A stretch of DNA of 64,000 bases from SAR202 cluster bacterium (GCA_016872355.1 VGZY01000005.1:6547-70546), one strand, 5' to 3'. Numbered from the stretch's first letter, positions 17,427 to 27,317 are shown. Program-made: numbers and translations. The notes: generated by a model not told the origin, from the sequence alone.

Positions 17427-18572
17427 CTACTTCCCCAGCCACTTCTCGAAGAAGCGCTGCCAGTTTCTGTACATGACGTTCTCAATGTCCGCGCGCTTGT
17501 AGCCGCGCTTTTCCAGAATGCCCGCGAGCTTCTGGTAGTCGGCCACCGTGTCCACGTCGTGCGGCGCGCCGTCCGACCCGCCCTGTCCGTCGGTGTCGCC
17601 GCCGATCGCCGCATGCTTGGAGCTGCCAGCCAGCTGGCACACGTAGTCGACGTGGTCGGCCACGTCCTCAATCGTTATGAGCTCGCTGGGGTACACCGCA
17701 CGCCTGGCAGGGATGCTCGTGGAGGCCCAATTGAGCTGGTAGTGCTTGTTGAGCATGTAGGTGTCCATCGACGAGCCGATGACGCCTCCGCGCCGGATTA
17801 CCTCTTTGAGGATATCGTCCGGCTGCTGGCGCTCCCCGGGGACGATGGCGCGGCAGTTCTGGTGGCTGGCGAGCGCGGGGCCGTCGAACTTCTCGAACTC
17901 CTGGCGGACCGAGGCGTCCGAGGTGTGTGTGACGTCCAGGATCATGCCCAGCTTTTCCATGTTCTTCAGAAGAGGCTTCGCGTCCGGGGTCAGGCCGCCA
18001 TCCGTGCCGGTGCCCGTGCCGTGCGAGTACTTGCTGACGCCATAGTGGGAGAGGCTGATCACGCGGAGGCCGTCTGCATGCCACTCGTGCACCTGGTCCG
18101 GCCAGGAGATGGCGTCCGCGCCCTCCATGCCGATGACGAAGCCTACCGGCAGCTTCTCGTAGTCAGTGGCGGACTCCCAAATCTTCATGTGGTCGGCGAA
18201 CTGCTTGGAGGTTGCGAGTATCTTCGCCTCGCCCTGCTTTTCGAGGATGCGGTAGTAGTACAGCTGCCCCATGGCCCCGGCGTAAGCGGACTCGTACGAG
18301 CGGAACTCGCCGTGAGGGTGGCCGGGCTTCAGCACGCACGCCACCGTCTTGACCAGCGCCGCGGCGATGCGCCCTTTGCGCATCTCAGGGAGCGTCGCCA
18401 TCGTCCCGACATCCGCCAGCCCGGACCGGCTCGTCGTCAGCGCCGGTATCCTTGGTGCGCGCCGCACCTCGTCGATGGGCTTGCGCAGATCGCGCGCCAT
18501 ATCCAGCGCGCCTATGGCCATCGGGTAGTCGCCGTCGATGATAAGCATGGAGGACTGCTGTTTGGCGGGCAT
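17427..18572 (-). CDS. Membrane dipeptidase family protein (peptidase M19)
   Basis: Motifs IIDGD, SHYGVSKYSHGTG, LDVTHTSD, AIGGDTDG. SD GAAGGAG 5 nt before the ATG, immediately after the vapC stop. Confidence 0.85.
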   Translation of the reverse strand: MPAKQQSSMLIIDGDYPMAIGALDMARDLRKPIDEVRRAPRIPALTTSRSGLADVGTMATLPEMRKGRIAAALVKTVACVLKPGHPHGEFRSYESAYAGAMGQLYYYRILEKQGEAKILATSKQFADHMKIWESATDYEKLPVGFVIGMEGADAISWPDQVHEWHADGLRVISLSHYGVSKYSHGTGTGTDGGLTPDAKPLLKNMEKLGMILDVTHTSDASVRQEFEKFDGPALASHQNCRAIVPGERQQPDDILKEVIRRGGVIGSSMDTYMLNKHYQLNWASTSIPARRAVYPSELITIEDVADHVDYVCQLAGSSKHAAIGGDTDGQGGSDGAPHDVDTVADYQKLAGILEKRGYKRADIENVMYRNWQRFFEKWLGK

Positions 18573-18587
18573 TTGGGCTCCTTCAAC

Positions 18588-19025
18588 CTAGGTCGGTGGA
18601 TTCTGTAGCTCTGGGCGAATATTGTGAAGGCGCACCGGCACGGCCGCGCTGATCCTGTTGAATTCGATATTGTCTGTGAAGACGGCCAATTCCTTGCGCT
18701 CGGCTACCGCGCAGATAAGGATATTCGTTGGGTCCACTCGGATGTTTGTCGTTCGGCACATCAAAGAGTACATGGCCGCCCCCTCGTGGTCCTCAACGAC
18801 GGTGTCCGTGTGCGGCATATCTCTGAACATGAGGCGCAGGCGCTCAAAGGCTTCCGGGTTTGGAATCCTCGACAAGACCTGCTGTCGCACCGGGCCGAGC
18901 AACACGGCGCGATTCTCGAATATGAGCTCCATTAGCTCGGCGCGAAGGCCCTCCTGGTAGGGGTTGAGATTCGCTCTCCTGGCCAGGGAAAGCGACCAAA
19001 TTGAGGCGTCAACGAGAACGTTCAC
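18588..19025 (-). CDS. vapC: Type II toxin VapC (PIN domain)
   Basis: MNVLVDASIW..., ...LAVFTDNIEF PIN signature. 4-nt overlap with the upstream antitoxin gene. Confidence 0.85.
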   Translation of the reverse strand: MNVLVDASIWSLSLARRANLNPYQEGLRAELMELIFENRAVLLGPVRQQVLSRIPNPEAFERLRLMFRDMPHTDTVVEDHEGAAMYSLMCRTTNIRVDPTNILICAVAERKELAVFTDNIEFNRISAAVPVRLHNIRPELQNPPT

Positions 19026-19225
19026 GCCTTCCCCTTGCCGCGGGACTCGTAATCGAACGGAGGGTCGAAGTCAATGGTGCCGAAGAGCTTGATAATTTCA
19101 AGCTGCTTCCTTCGGCGCACATACTCGTCCAGTGCGGCGTTCACGGCTTCACGCTTTGTCTTGTGCCCACCGATACGACGGGCCTCTTCAATCAGTTGAT
19201 CGTCGATATTCAGGTTCGTTGGCAT
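19022..19225 (-). CDS. vapB: Type II antitoxin VapB
   Basis: 67 aa. MPTNLNIDDQLIEEARRIGGHKTKREAVNAALDEY matches the VapB (DUF2191-like) antitoxin N-terminus. Confidence 0.85.
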   Translation of the reverse strand: MPTNLNIDDQLIEEARRIGGHKTKREAVNAALDEYVRRRKQLEIIKLFGTIDFDPPFDYESRGKGKA

Positions 19226-19281
19226 ATAGCTTCACCTCGATTACACACTATGCAACACGCTTGTCTGTGTGTATGTCTGCA

Positions 19282-19878
19282 TCATCGCAATTGCAACGCG
19301 AACTCGTCCATCGAAAACTTGCCCGTGGGCTCGCTCTTGAATCCGACAAACGAGAACCCGAAGCTCTCGCACTTCGCAAGGGTGGACTCGAGGGGAGTAG
19401 CGCGGGCCGGATCGCGGGCCCAGCTATTGTGCCACTTTGCCTTGTCCGGGCTGAGCGCGAAGACGTTTGGGTTGTCCGCCCACCTGCCGTGAGAAATGGA
19501 CAAGGGGTGGCTCGTGTAGTGCCAGCGGGTGCCACTCACGTGCGCCCAGAAGTAGCATTTCGCGTTGTCCAGGGCCAGCCCGTCCCCGCGCAGGTATACG
19601 GAGACCACCGCGTTACGCAGGTCCAGGTTGTCGTGGCCCAGCCAGCTGGAGTAATTGAGCAGCGCCAGGATCGAGACGGGCTCCTCCGGCGAGTCCGTGC
19701 TCCAGCGCGACTCGTCCGTCCAGATATACCCGCCGCCGTTCACGCCGCCGGCCTTCTGGTGAGTGGCAAGAATGAAGATATTCTCGCGCTTGGCAACCAT
19801 GCTCCAGTGGTAGTCGTACGTATGCCACGCCTCCGCGCTCTTGTCGAAGGTGTGGCTGATAAGTTTGGGTGTGGTCAT
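19282..19878 (-). CDS. Hypothetical protein, 198 aa, Trp/His-rich
   Basis: Longest ORF trimmed to ATG 19878 (GGAGG 5 nt upstream); the N-terminal extension runs into the palindrome at 19984-20044. No recognisable family. Confidence 0.55.
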   Translation of the reverse strand: MTTPKLISHTFDKSAEAWHTYDYHWSMVAKRENIFILATHQKAGGVNGGGYIWTDESRWSTDSPEEPVSILALLNYSSWLGHDNLDLRNAVVSVYLRGDGLALDNAKCYFWAHVSGTRWHYTSHPLSISHGRWADNPNVFALSPDKAKWHNSWARDPARATPLESTLAKCESFGFSFVGFKSEPTGKFSMDEFALQLR

Positions 19879-19983
19879 CGGACCTCCAGTCCAGTCTTCG
19901 ATTTCGTGGTAGCGCACTCTATCTGAATACCGCGGACGCCTGCTCCTCGCAGGGGACCCGATGCATCGGTGCCGGCTCCTGGT

Positions 19984-20044
19984 TTCGTATTGGCAGGCTC
20001 TGCCTCCTTGCATTTCGGAGGCAGGCAGAGCCTGCCAATACGAA
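19984..20044 (-). terminator. Long imperfect hairpin (8 bp + 4-nt bulge + 16 bp) without U-tract
   Basis: TTCGTATTGGCAGGCTCTGCCTCC - TTGCATTTC - GGAGGCAG(GCAG)AGCCTGCCAATACGAA. Lies between the P-loop NTPase stop (20051) and the next minus-strand gene. Confidence 0.4.
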
Positions 20045-20050
20045 CGCACT

Positions 20051-20578
20051 CTAGAGCCATCCCGCCCGGGCGAGCACTTCGCGCGCCAACTCTGTGACGT
20101 TGCGGCCCGCTTCGTTGTTAATGGTGAAGTCCTCCACCAAGGAGCGGTCCTGTATTCTCGCCAGCTCCGCGGATCTCGCCAGCCCCTCCTCCCGCCAGCT
20201 ACCTATCTCCCGGCGGCGGACGCGCTCGGCCATGTTATCTATCGAGGCGAGCAGCCTGCACACCTGTACATCTGCGTGCGGTACAGCCCTTCGGTAGTCC
20301 TCGAGCTCTGAGCGGCTTTCAAGCGCCCTCGCTACCAGCAGGCGCTGCGCTCCGGCGGCGACATAGATAGGCCAGATCGCCGCGAGGTTTGCCATCATCA
20401 GCGAGTGTCCGTAGTCGACCGGGTCCGGGAACATCTGGGTAAGCCAGTCGAGGTCTATCGCGGCGTGAGGCACCTTCGCGTCGCACAGCAAACCTGTCGC
20501 GTCGCCCAGCACGGTGGTCTTGCCTGCGCCGATGGAGCCGGTGATTATCAGGAGCGGTGCGCGTTCTGCTATTCCCAA
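20051..20578 (-). CDS. Small P-loop NTPase / kinase-like protein
   Basis: Walker A GSIGAGKTT at aa 14-22, about 175 aa. The start lies 1 nt after the hydantoinase B stop. Confidence 0.7.
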   Translation of the reverse strand: MGIAERAPLLIITGSIGAGKTTVLGDATGLLCDAKVPHAAIDLDWLTQMFPDPVDYGHSLMMANLAAIWPIYVAAGAQRLLVARALESRSELEDYRRAVPHADVQVCRLLASIDNMAERVRRREIGSWREEGLARSAELARIQDRSLVEDFTINNEAGRNVTELAREVLARAGWL

Positions 20579-20579
20579 G

Positions 20580-22319
20580 CTACTTCCTCAGCCGCTTTGT
20601 CGCCGCCTCGTCGATCTCGTTGGTGCCTGATTTGAACGCCACGGCGTAGACGTCGCGCGCGCGGTCGCGGGAGATCACGCCGGAGATGATGTCGCGGCGC
20701 ACGGCTTCGGGGTCGCGCTGCTTCGCATCGCCCCAGCCGCCGCCGCCGGGGGTCTCGGTGACGATCAGATTGTCTTTGAGGACGCTTGTGGTCACCTTGG
20801 ACGGGAAGCGCCGCTCCTTGCCGTCGGGGGCCTGCGCCACGCACTTCGAGGTGCGCGCGTCCTGGCCGCCGAAGAGGCCCCACGGCGCTACCTCCGCGCG
20901 GTCAGAGCTGAGCGTGAAGCCCACACGGTCGGCGAGGACGCGGATGGACCTTCGCAGGCCAACACCGCCGCGGTGCTTGCCCGCGCCCTCGGAGTCGGGG
21001 ATAAGCTCGTACGCCTCGATGCGCAGCGGGTAGGCGACCTCTATCACCTCTGCGGGGGAGTTGCGGGTGTTCGTCATGTGGTTCTGGACGGCGTCCATGC
21101 CGTCCTGGTCGTGCATGGCGCCCTGGCCGCCGGCGTAGGTCTCGATGTAGTTGAAATAGACGCCGCGCCGCTTGTCCTGGCCGCCGATGTTGAGCAGGTT
21201 CATCGTGCCGGAGCTGGCCGCCGCGACCCTTTCGGGAATCACCTTCGCGAGCGCGCCGATCAGAACGTCCACGATGCGCTGCGTGGTAATGATGTTGGCG
21301 TTGCAGACGGCGGTCGGAAATATCGCGGAGAGTAGCGAGCCTTCACGCACCCTGATATCCACCGGGCGGTACGAGCCTGCGTTGGCAGGCATGTCCGGGT
21401 CCAGGCACGCCTTCAGCACGTAATAGACGCATGCCGCCACCGATGGCCACCGGCAGTTGAGGGGGCCGAGGCAGCCGTTGTCCGTCTGGGTGAAGTCTGT
21501 AGTGATGGAGTCGCCCTTCGCTTCGATGGTGACGCGGATTGTGATCCTGTCCGTCGTTATGCCGTCGCCCTCGATCACGTCCTCGAAGGAGTATTTGCCG
21601 ATGGGGATAAGCTTGAGCGCGGACTCCATGCGGCGCTGCGAGTAGTTCAGCATCTCGTCCAGGTACAGCTCGACGTTCTCCGGGCCGTACTTGTCCGCCA
21701 GCTCGGTGAGCCGGCTCTCGCACACGACGTTTGCCGCGAACTGCGCCATGAGGTCGCCGCGCACCTCTTTCTGCGGTCGCACGTTCTGGGAGATCAGCGA
21801 CCACAGGTCAGGGTCTATCTCTCCCTTCTTGAAGAGCTTCACGGGAGGTATCTGCAGCCCCTCCTGGAATATCTCCGTGACGCCGAACGGCATGGAGCCC
21901 GGCGCGTAGCCGCCCATGTCCACGTGGTGCGCCTGGTTGGCTGTGATGGCGATTACGCGGCCCTTGTAGAAGACCGGCGAGATCAGCGCGAGGTCGTTCA
22001 GGTGGCCGGGTCCGGCCGGGTAGGGGATGTTAAACGCGATGGCGTCGCCCTGCTCCAGCTTTTCCAGCGGGTAGATGGAGAGCGCGGATTTCACCGCGGA
22101 GTGCATCGTGCCCAGGTGTACGGGCGTGGCCACCTCGCTCATCGCGACGACCGCCATATCGCCAGTGGCGGTATATATCGCGCCGGACGTGTCGCGGCGG
22201 TCCTTGATGTTCGTGGAGTAGCTGGCGCGCACGAGCGCCGCAACCATCTCGTCCGAGATGGAGTAGAAGGCGTTGCGCATCACTTCGAGCGTAATGGGAT
22301 CGACTTTGCTTTTTGGCAT
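20580..22319 (-). CDS. hyuB: Hydantoinase B / oxoprolinase family protein
   Basis: N-terminus KVDPITLEVMRNAFYSISDEM and 579-aa length are typical of HyuB. TAATG overlap with hyuA. Confidence 0.9.
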   Translation of the reverse strand: MPKSKVDPITLEVMRNAFYSISDEMVAALVRASYSTNIKDRRDTSGAIYTATGDMAVVAMSEVATPVHLGTMHSAVKSALSIYPLEKLEQGDAIAFNIPYPAGPGHLNDLALISPVFYKGRVIAITANQAHHVDMGGYAPGSMPFGVTEIFQEGLQIPPVKLFKKGEIDPDLWSLISQNVRPQKEVRGDLMAQFAANVVCESRLTELADKYGPENVELYLDEMLNYSQRRMESALKLIPIGKYSFEDVIEGDGITTDRITIRVTIEAKGDSITTDFTQTDNGCLGPLNCRWPSVAACVYYVLKACLDPDMPANAGSYRPVDIRVREGSLLSAIFPTAVCNANIITTQRIVDVLIGALAKVIPERVAAASSGTMNLLNIGGQDKRRGVYFNYIETYAGGQGAMHDQDGMDAVQNHMTNTRNSPAEVIEVAYPLRIEAYELIPDSEGAGKHRGGVGLRRSIRVLADRVGFTLSSDRAEVAPWGLFGGQDARTSKCVAQAPDGKERRFPSKVTTSVLKDNLIVTETPGGGGWGDAKQRDPEAVRRDIISGVISRDRARDVYAVAFKSGTNEIDEAATKRLRK

Positions 22320-24376
22320 TACTTAGCCGCCTGTTCGATGATGATGTTTCTGTATGCGTCCACGCGCGCCGATTGGTGCGGCCAGATAACGGTCGTGGCG
22401 TCGAGCTGCTCCACAATGGCCGGGCCGGTAAGGCGGTCGCCGGGCCGTAGCTTGGGGCGGTCGTAGACGTTCGTCGCGGAGCGCTTGCCCTTGAAGTAGA
22501 CCTGGCGCTGCGACTTTACGGCCTTCGCAGGGTCCTTGGACCCCTTGAGCGGCGCCGCCTCCAGCCTGGGGCTGGGTGTGGCAGCGATAGCGGTGAGGCG
22601 GAGGTTGACCACCTCAACCGGGTTGGCCGGGTTGGAGTAGCCGTAGCGCTGCTTGTGCGCGTCGTGGAACCTCTGCGACGCCTCGGCGAACTGCTGCATG
22701 GTGATCTTGCCCGGCGGCAGGGGCGTATCGATCTCGTAGCCCTGGCCGACGTACCGCATCTCGGCCAGCCTGACGAGAGTGACCGACTCCTCCGGCATCT
22801 TCTCCCGGTTCATCTGGTCGATCGCCTCGCGCTCAAGCTCCTCGTACCATGCTGTGAGGCTGGCCGGCTGGATCTCGTTCCCCGGCTTGAGCACGGTGCG
22901 GACGAAGTCGTGCCGCATGTCCGCCATCAGCAGGCCCATCGCGGAGGTCACGCCCGGAGCGATTGGGACGAGCACACGCGGGATGTCCATCTCGAACGCC
23001 AGCTCCGCCGCGTGAACAGGCCCTGCGCCGCCGAACGCGACGAGCGCGAACTCGCGAGGGTCGTAGCCGCGAGCGATGGAGACTACACGTATCCCCTTTA
23101 TCATGCCCGCGTTGACGACGCGGATGATGCCTTCGGCGGCCTCATCGAGTCCCAGCTTGAGCGGGCCGGCGATGTTGTCCTGTATCGCCTTGCGGGCGAG
23201 CTCGATGTCCAGCGTCATCGTGCCTCCGAGCAGGCTGTCCTTGCCGAGCCTGCCGAGCACGAGGTTGGCGTCCGTGACCGTCGCCACCGTGCCGCCGCGT
23301 CCGTAGCACGCCGGCCCCGGCTGCGCGCCCGCCGAGCGCGGGCCTACACGGAGCGCGCCGCCCTGGTCTATCCACGCGATGCTGCCGCCGCCCGCGCCGA
23401 GGGTGTTAATGTCCACCATCGGCACCTTCACAGTCAGGCGCTCTATCTCGCTTTCCTTCGTGCGCCTTATCTGGCCCTTGTAGGCAAGGCAGATGTCGAA
23501 GCTCGTCCCGCCCATGTCCACCGAGATGACGTTCATCTCGCCTGCCTGGTTGGCGATGGCGTTGCTGCCGATGACGCCCGCCGCCGGGCCGGAGAGGATC
23601 GTCTGGACGGGGCGCTCGGCGGAGTGGCCAGCGCTGGTGGTGCCGCCGTTGGACTGCATGATGTAGACGTCCGATTGCACGCCCACGTCGTTGATCGCCT
23701 TCTGGAGGCGGGTCAGGTAGCGCTCCATGACCGGCCCGACGTACGCGTTGATCGTCGTCGTGCTCATGCGGTCGTATTCCTTGAACTCCGGGAGCACCTC
23801 GTGAGAGAGCGATAGCTTCACGTCCGGCATCGCCTTCTTTATCGCCTCGCCTATGGCCTTCTCGTGCGCCGGGTTGGCGTATGAGTGGAGGAGGCACACC
23901 GCGATGGCCTGCACCTCCGCCTTCCTGATTTCCTCAATGGTCGCAGCCAGGTCCATCTTGTCCAGCGGGGTAAGCACTTCTCCTGTGTGGAGCATTCGCT
24001 CCGTCACCTCAAACCGCAAGTGCCTGGGGACGAGGGGGTCCGGGCGGCGGACGCGCCAGTCGTAGAGGCTGGGCCGGTCCTGCTTGCCGATCTCCAGCAC
24101 GTCGCGGAAACCCTTCGTTACGATGAGGGCCGTCTTCGCGCCCTTACGCTCCAGCATGGTGTTCGTTGCTACGGTTGTGCCGTGGATGAAGAACTGGATC
24201 TCGCCTGCGGGTATCTTCAGTCGGGCAGCGAGGTCCCTTATTCCGTTCGCAACTCCTATTGACTGGTTCTGCGGTGTCGAAGAGGTTTTTCCGAACTCCA
24301 GCTTGCCGGTTTTCGTGTCGTAAAGTGCAAGGTCTGTGAACGTTCCACCTACATCTACGCCGACTCTGTATGCCAT
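22319..24376 (-). CDS. hyuA: Hydantoinase A / oxoprolinase family protein
   Basis: MAYRVGVDVGGTFTDLALYD and ISVDMGGTSFD ATPase (ASKHA-fold) motifs. 685 aa. Confidence 0.9.
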   Translation of the reverse strand: MAYRVGVDVGGTFTDLALYDTKTGKLEFGKTSSTPQNQSIGVANGIRDLAARLKIPAGEIQFFIHGTTVATNTMLERKGAKTALIVTKGFRDVLEIGKQDRPSLYDWRVRRPDPLVPRHLRFEVTERMLHTGEVLTPLDKMDLAATIEEIRKAEVQAIAVCLLHSYANPAHEKAIGEAIKKAMPDVKLSLSHEVLPEFKEYDRMSTTTINAYVGPVMERYLTRLQKAINDVGVQSDVYIMQSNGGTTSAGHSAERPVQTILSGPAAGVIGSNAIANQAGEMNVISVDMGGTSFDICLAYKGQIRRTKESEIERLTVKVPMVDINTLGAGGGSIAWIDQGGALRVGPRSAGAQPGPACYGRGGTVATVTDANLVLGRLGKDSLLGGTMTLDIELARKAIQDNIAGPLKLGLDEAAEGIIRVVNAGMIKGIRVVSIARGYDPREFALVAFGGAGPVHAAELAFEMDIPRVLVPIAPGVTSAMGLLMADMRHDFVRTVLKPGNEIQPASLTAWYEELEREAIDQMNREKMPEESVTLVRLAEMRYVGQGYEIDTPLPPGKITMQQFAEASQRFHDAHKQRYGYSNPANPVEVVNLRLTAIAATPSPRLEAAPLKGSKDPAKAVKSQRQVYFKGKRSATNVYDRPKLRPGDRLTGPAIVEQLDATTVIWPHQSARVDAYRNIIIEQAAK

Positions 24377-24577
24377 TTACGCCTCTCCTGTCGAATTCGC
24401 GGCGAGTGTAGCACCGGAATATCTGCCAGTCAAACGACCCTGTAGCATTCAGAATGCAACTCATAAGGGAATTTGATGGATCGCTCCGAAAACGCCTGAC
24501 ACTGTCGTAAATCGCTCGTTTTCACCTACGAAGAACGGACTAGTACCAATGGGCCAGCCGTGAAAGAGAGGAGCGAG

Positions 24578-25300
24578 ATGGCTGTCAAGGCGATACTTCT
24601 GGATGCTGGGGGGACGCTGTGGGAGCCGGGCCGGCAGATAGGCGGGCGAAAGGGCGTATGGTTCCAGACACTGACGCAACTTGGCTTCAATGTGTCGCAG
24701 GCGTCAGTCAGCATGGCCTACGACATCGTCTGGATCTCTTTTGCTCACCGGTGGAACCGTATGGAGACGTGGGGGTTGCCCAACCCGTCGGAAGTGGTGG
24801 ACAGGTTCTGGGAGGAGTTCAACATTGCGCTTGTTACCCACCTGGATATGATCGCCGATCGCCATATACTCAAGAGCCGCCTGGAGTCAAATTCGCTCCG
24901 CGATGCCCTCTACCCCGATACTGAGCTTGCGATAGCCAGGCTCCGCGCGCTCGGCTATAAACTGGCGATTGTCTCCAACGGCTCCCACCAGCGCGATTAC
25001 GCCCACAGGCTCGGCATAGCCCGATGCTTCTACGCGGTAGTAAGCTCGACTGAGATCGGATACCGAAAGCCGATGCCGGAGGTCTTTCATGCCGCGCTCG
25101 AGAAGCTGGGTGTCAGCGCGGAAGAGGCGATCATGATCGGCGACTCCTATGAGGCCGATGTGCTGTGCGCGAGGGCGGCCGGAATCGAAGCCTTGCACCT
25201 TATACGGGACCCGGAGACTGTGTCCCTGATGAACGACCCGGAGACGATCGCGGACCTGTGGGGGGTTGTGCGCCACCTGGAGAGCGTTGCGGTCTGTTAA
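24578..25300 (+). CDS. HAD-superfamily hydrolase (subfamily IA-like)
   Basis: Trimmed to ATG 24578 (GAGAGGAG upstream). Motif I ILLDAGGTLW, motif II IVSNG, motif IV MIGDSYEADV. Confidence 0.8.
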   Translation: MAVKAILLDAGGTLWEPGRQIGGRKGVWFQTLTQLGFNVSQASVSMAYDIVWISFAHRWNRMETWGLPNPSEVVDRFWEEFNIALVTHLDMIADRHILKSRLESNSLRDALYPDTELAIARLRALGYKLAIVSNGSHQRDYAHRLGIARCFYAVVSSTEIGYRKPMPEVFHAALEKLGVSAEEAIMIGDSYEADVLCARAAGIEALHLIRDPETVSLMNDPETIADLWGVVRHLESVAVC

Positions 25301-25392
25301 GAGGGGGCCATCGACTGGGATCAGACCACCGATGGCAAAGATTGACATTACTCCTACCCGGCGTTAATCTCATGCTGAGGGAGGACACGCCG

Positions 25393-25686
25393 ATGAATGT
25401 TTCTTTGACACCCCAGTTGGAAGAGCTTGTCAGGAGAAAGGTGGAGTCCGGGCAGTACAACTCCGCCAGCGAGGTAGTGAGGGAGGGGCTGCGGCTCATT
25501 GAGGAGCGGGACAGGGTGTTGACTGCGAAGCTCGATGCGCTGCGAAGCGACATCCAGGTGGCTGTGGACCAGGTGAAGCGTGGCGAAGGTTACCGGCTCA
25601 ACACCGATGATGAACTGGACGCATTTTCCGAGCAGACGTGGAACGAATTCCTGAGCCAGCGCAAAGCGCAGAAGAAGGCGTCATAA
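25393..25686 (+). CDS. parD: Type II antitoxin ParD (ribbon-helix-helix)
   Basis: MNVSLTPQLEELVRRKVESGQYNSASEVVREGLRLIEER. GGGAGG upstream of ATG 25393. Lies 4 nt before parE. Confidence 0.8.
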   Translation: MNVSLTPQLEELVRRKVESGQYNSASEVVREGLRLIEERDRVLTAKLDALRSDIQVAVDQVKRGEGYRLNTDDELDAFSEQTWNEFLSQRKAQKKAS

Positions 25687-25690
25687 GCCT

Positions 25691-25990
25691 ATGCGCAAGC
25701 TCCGAGTTTCACCTGAAGCCCGGAACGATGAATTGGAGATACTGGAGTATATTGCAAGGGACAACCTGCAAGCGGCTCGCAGGATAAACAACTTGATTCG
25801 CGAGAAATACAGGTCCTTGAGGGACCAGCCTTATCTCGGCCGCCCGCGACCTGACTTGATGGCAGATGCCAGGAGTCTGCCCGCTGGGAACTATGCCATC
25901 ATATACACAGTCTCCCGCGACGAAGTTGTCATTCTTAGAGTTTTGGACCAGCGCCGAGACATTCTGCCCCTGTTTGATACTGACCTGTAG
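25691..25990 (+). CDS. parE: Type II toxin ParE/RelE family
   Basis: 99 aa. VSPEARNDELEILEYIARDN...YAIIYTVSRDEVVILRVLDQRRD, typical ParE. Confidence 0.85.
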   Translation: MRKLRVSPEARNDELEILEYIARDNLQAARRINNLIREKYRSLRDQPYLGRPRPDLMADARSLPAGNYAIIYTVSRDEVVILRVLDQRRDILPLFDTDL

Positions 25991-26058
25991 ACCGCTAATT
26001 GACGCCCGCCTGACCCGCTGATAGACTGGCCCCATTTCGACACGGCGGCCTTCACTTC

Positions 26059-27144
26059 ATGCCTCTCCTCTCGCACCTCACTGTGATCGACCTCACGGCG
26101 AACACGCCGGGACCGTTCTGTTCGTCGATTCTTGGAGACCTTGGCGCCCGAGTCATAAAGGTTGAGCCGCCCGGCGGCGACCCGCTCCGTGTGTCCGCGC
26201 CGGACATGTTCGCCCAGCTCAACCGCGGCAAGATGAGCGTGGCGCTCAACCTCAAGTCGGACGCTGGCCGGCAGCGGCTCAGGACGCTGGTAGAGAAGGC
26301 GGACATCGTGCTGGAGGGCTCGCGGCCCGGAGTCGCGAAGCGCCTGGGCGCAGACTTCGAGACACTCTCCGCGATAAATCCCGGCATTGTCTACTGTTCT
26401 ATCTCAGGATTCGGCCAGGACGGGCCATGGCGCGACCGGCCAGGGCACGACCTGAACTACGTCGCGCTCAGCGGGTACCTGGCCGTCCAGTCGGCCATCG
26501 AGGGCCGTCCGTACGCCCCCGCGGTGCTGATCTCCGACATGGCCTCCGGCCTCTACGCCGCGGTGGCCGTCCTTGCGGCAGTCGCGGGCAGGACCGCCTC
26601 CGGGAAGGGCGCGTACCTGGACCTGTCCATGGCGGAGTCGGCGCTGGCGATGATCACGCCGGACATCGGCGGCAAGCATCAGGAGGGCCGTTTTCAGCCC
26701 AACGTGACCGCCATTCCCACGTACGGCCTATTCCTGTGCCGCGACGGCAAGTGGATAAGCCTGGGGATTGTAAACGAGGACCACTTCTGGGAGCGCTTCT
26801 GCAAGGCCTCCGGGTTTCAAGACCTCGCAGAAATGGCGTCTCTGACCTTCCACGACCGCATGATGCAGACAGACCGCGTGCGCGCGATGCTGGGTCGCGC
26901 CTTCTGGCTGAAGGGCGGGGCGGAATGGGAGGCGATTCTCCAGAAGGCGGATGTGCCTGCTGCCCTGGTCACCAGTCTCAATGACGTATTCTCGTCTGCG
27001 CAGTTCCTCGCCCGCGGCGTATTCACCGAGCTCGCCGGCGTGCGTTACCTCTCCCAGCCGTTCAAGGTGAACGACATGACGCCCGCGCCTGCCGCGCCAC
27101 CGCCCGCGATCAACGACCACGAAGCTGAAGTGTTCGTTCCTTAG
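26059..27144 (+). CDS. CoA-transferase family III (CaiB/BaiF)
   Basis: LSHLTVIDLTANTPGPFCSSILGDLGARVIKVEPPGGDP and GHDLNYVALSG motifs. Confidence 0.9.
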   Translation: MPLLSHLTVIDLTANTPGPFCSSILGDLGARVIKVEPPGGDPLRVSAPDMFAQLNRGKMSVALNLKSDAGRQRLRTLVEKADIVLEGSRPGVAKRLGADFETLSAINPGIVYCSISGFGQDGPWRDRPGHDLNYVALSGYLAVQSAIEGRPYAPAVLISDMASGLYAAVAVLAAVAGRTASGKGAYLDLSMAESALAMITPDIGGKHQEGRFQPNVTAIPTYGLFLCRDGKWISLGIVNEDHFWERFCKASGFQDLAEMASLTFHDRMMQTDRVRAMLGRAFWLKGGAEWEAILQKADVPAALVTSLNDVFSSAQFLARGVFTELAGVRYLSQPFKVNDMTPAPAAPPPAINDHEAEVFVP

Positions 27145-27317
27145 AGCCGGCCCGCCGGGACTTCTCATGGATAACTGCCTGGCGTGCGGGCGTGACGGGT
27201 TCTGTCGGCGGTAGAGACCCCCGGCATGGTCTCTCTACGATGTGAGCGGTGTGTCATGTACAATGGCTACCGTCTTAACGATAGCCCGCGCGTTTAGCGC
27301 ACCATTCGGGGTTTCAC

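Noticed and set aside
27211-27264. Imperfect hairpin GTAGAGACC-N8-GGTCTCTCTAC and a TACAAT box between the CoA-transferase and acyl-CoA synthetase genes, considered as a terminator plus promoter.
   Set aside because: The stem has a 2-nt bulge and no T-tract, and there is no acceptable -35 at 17±1 nt. This is too weak to call as a feature.
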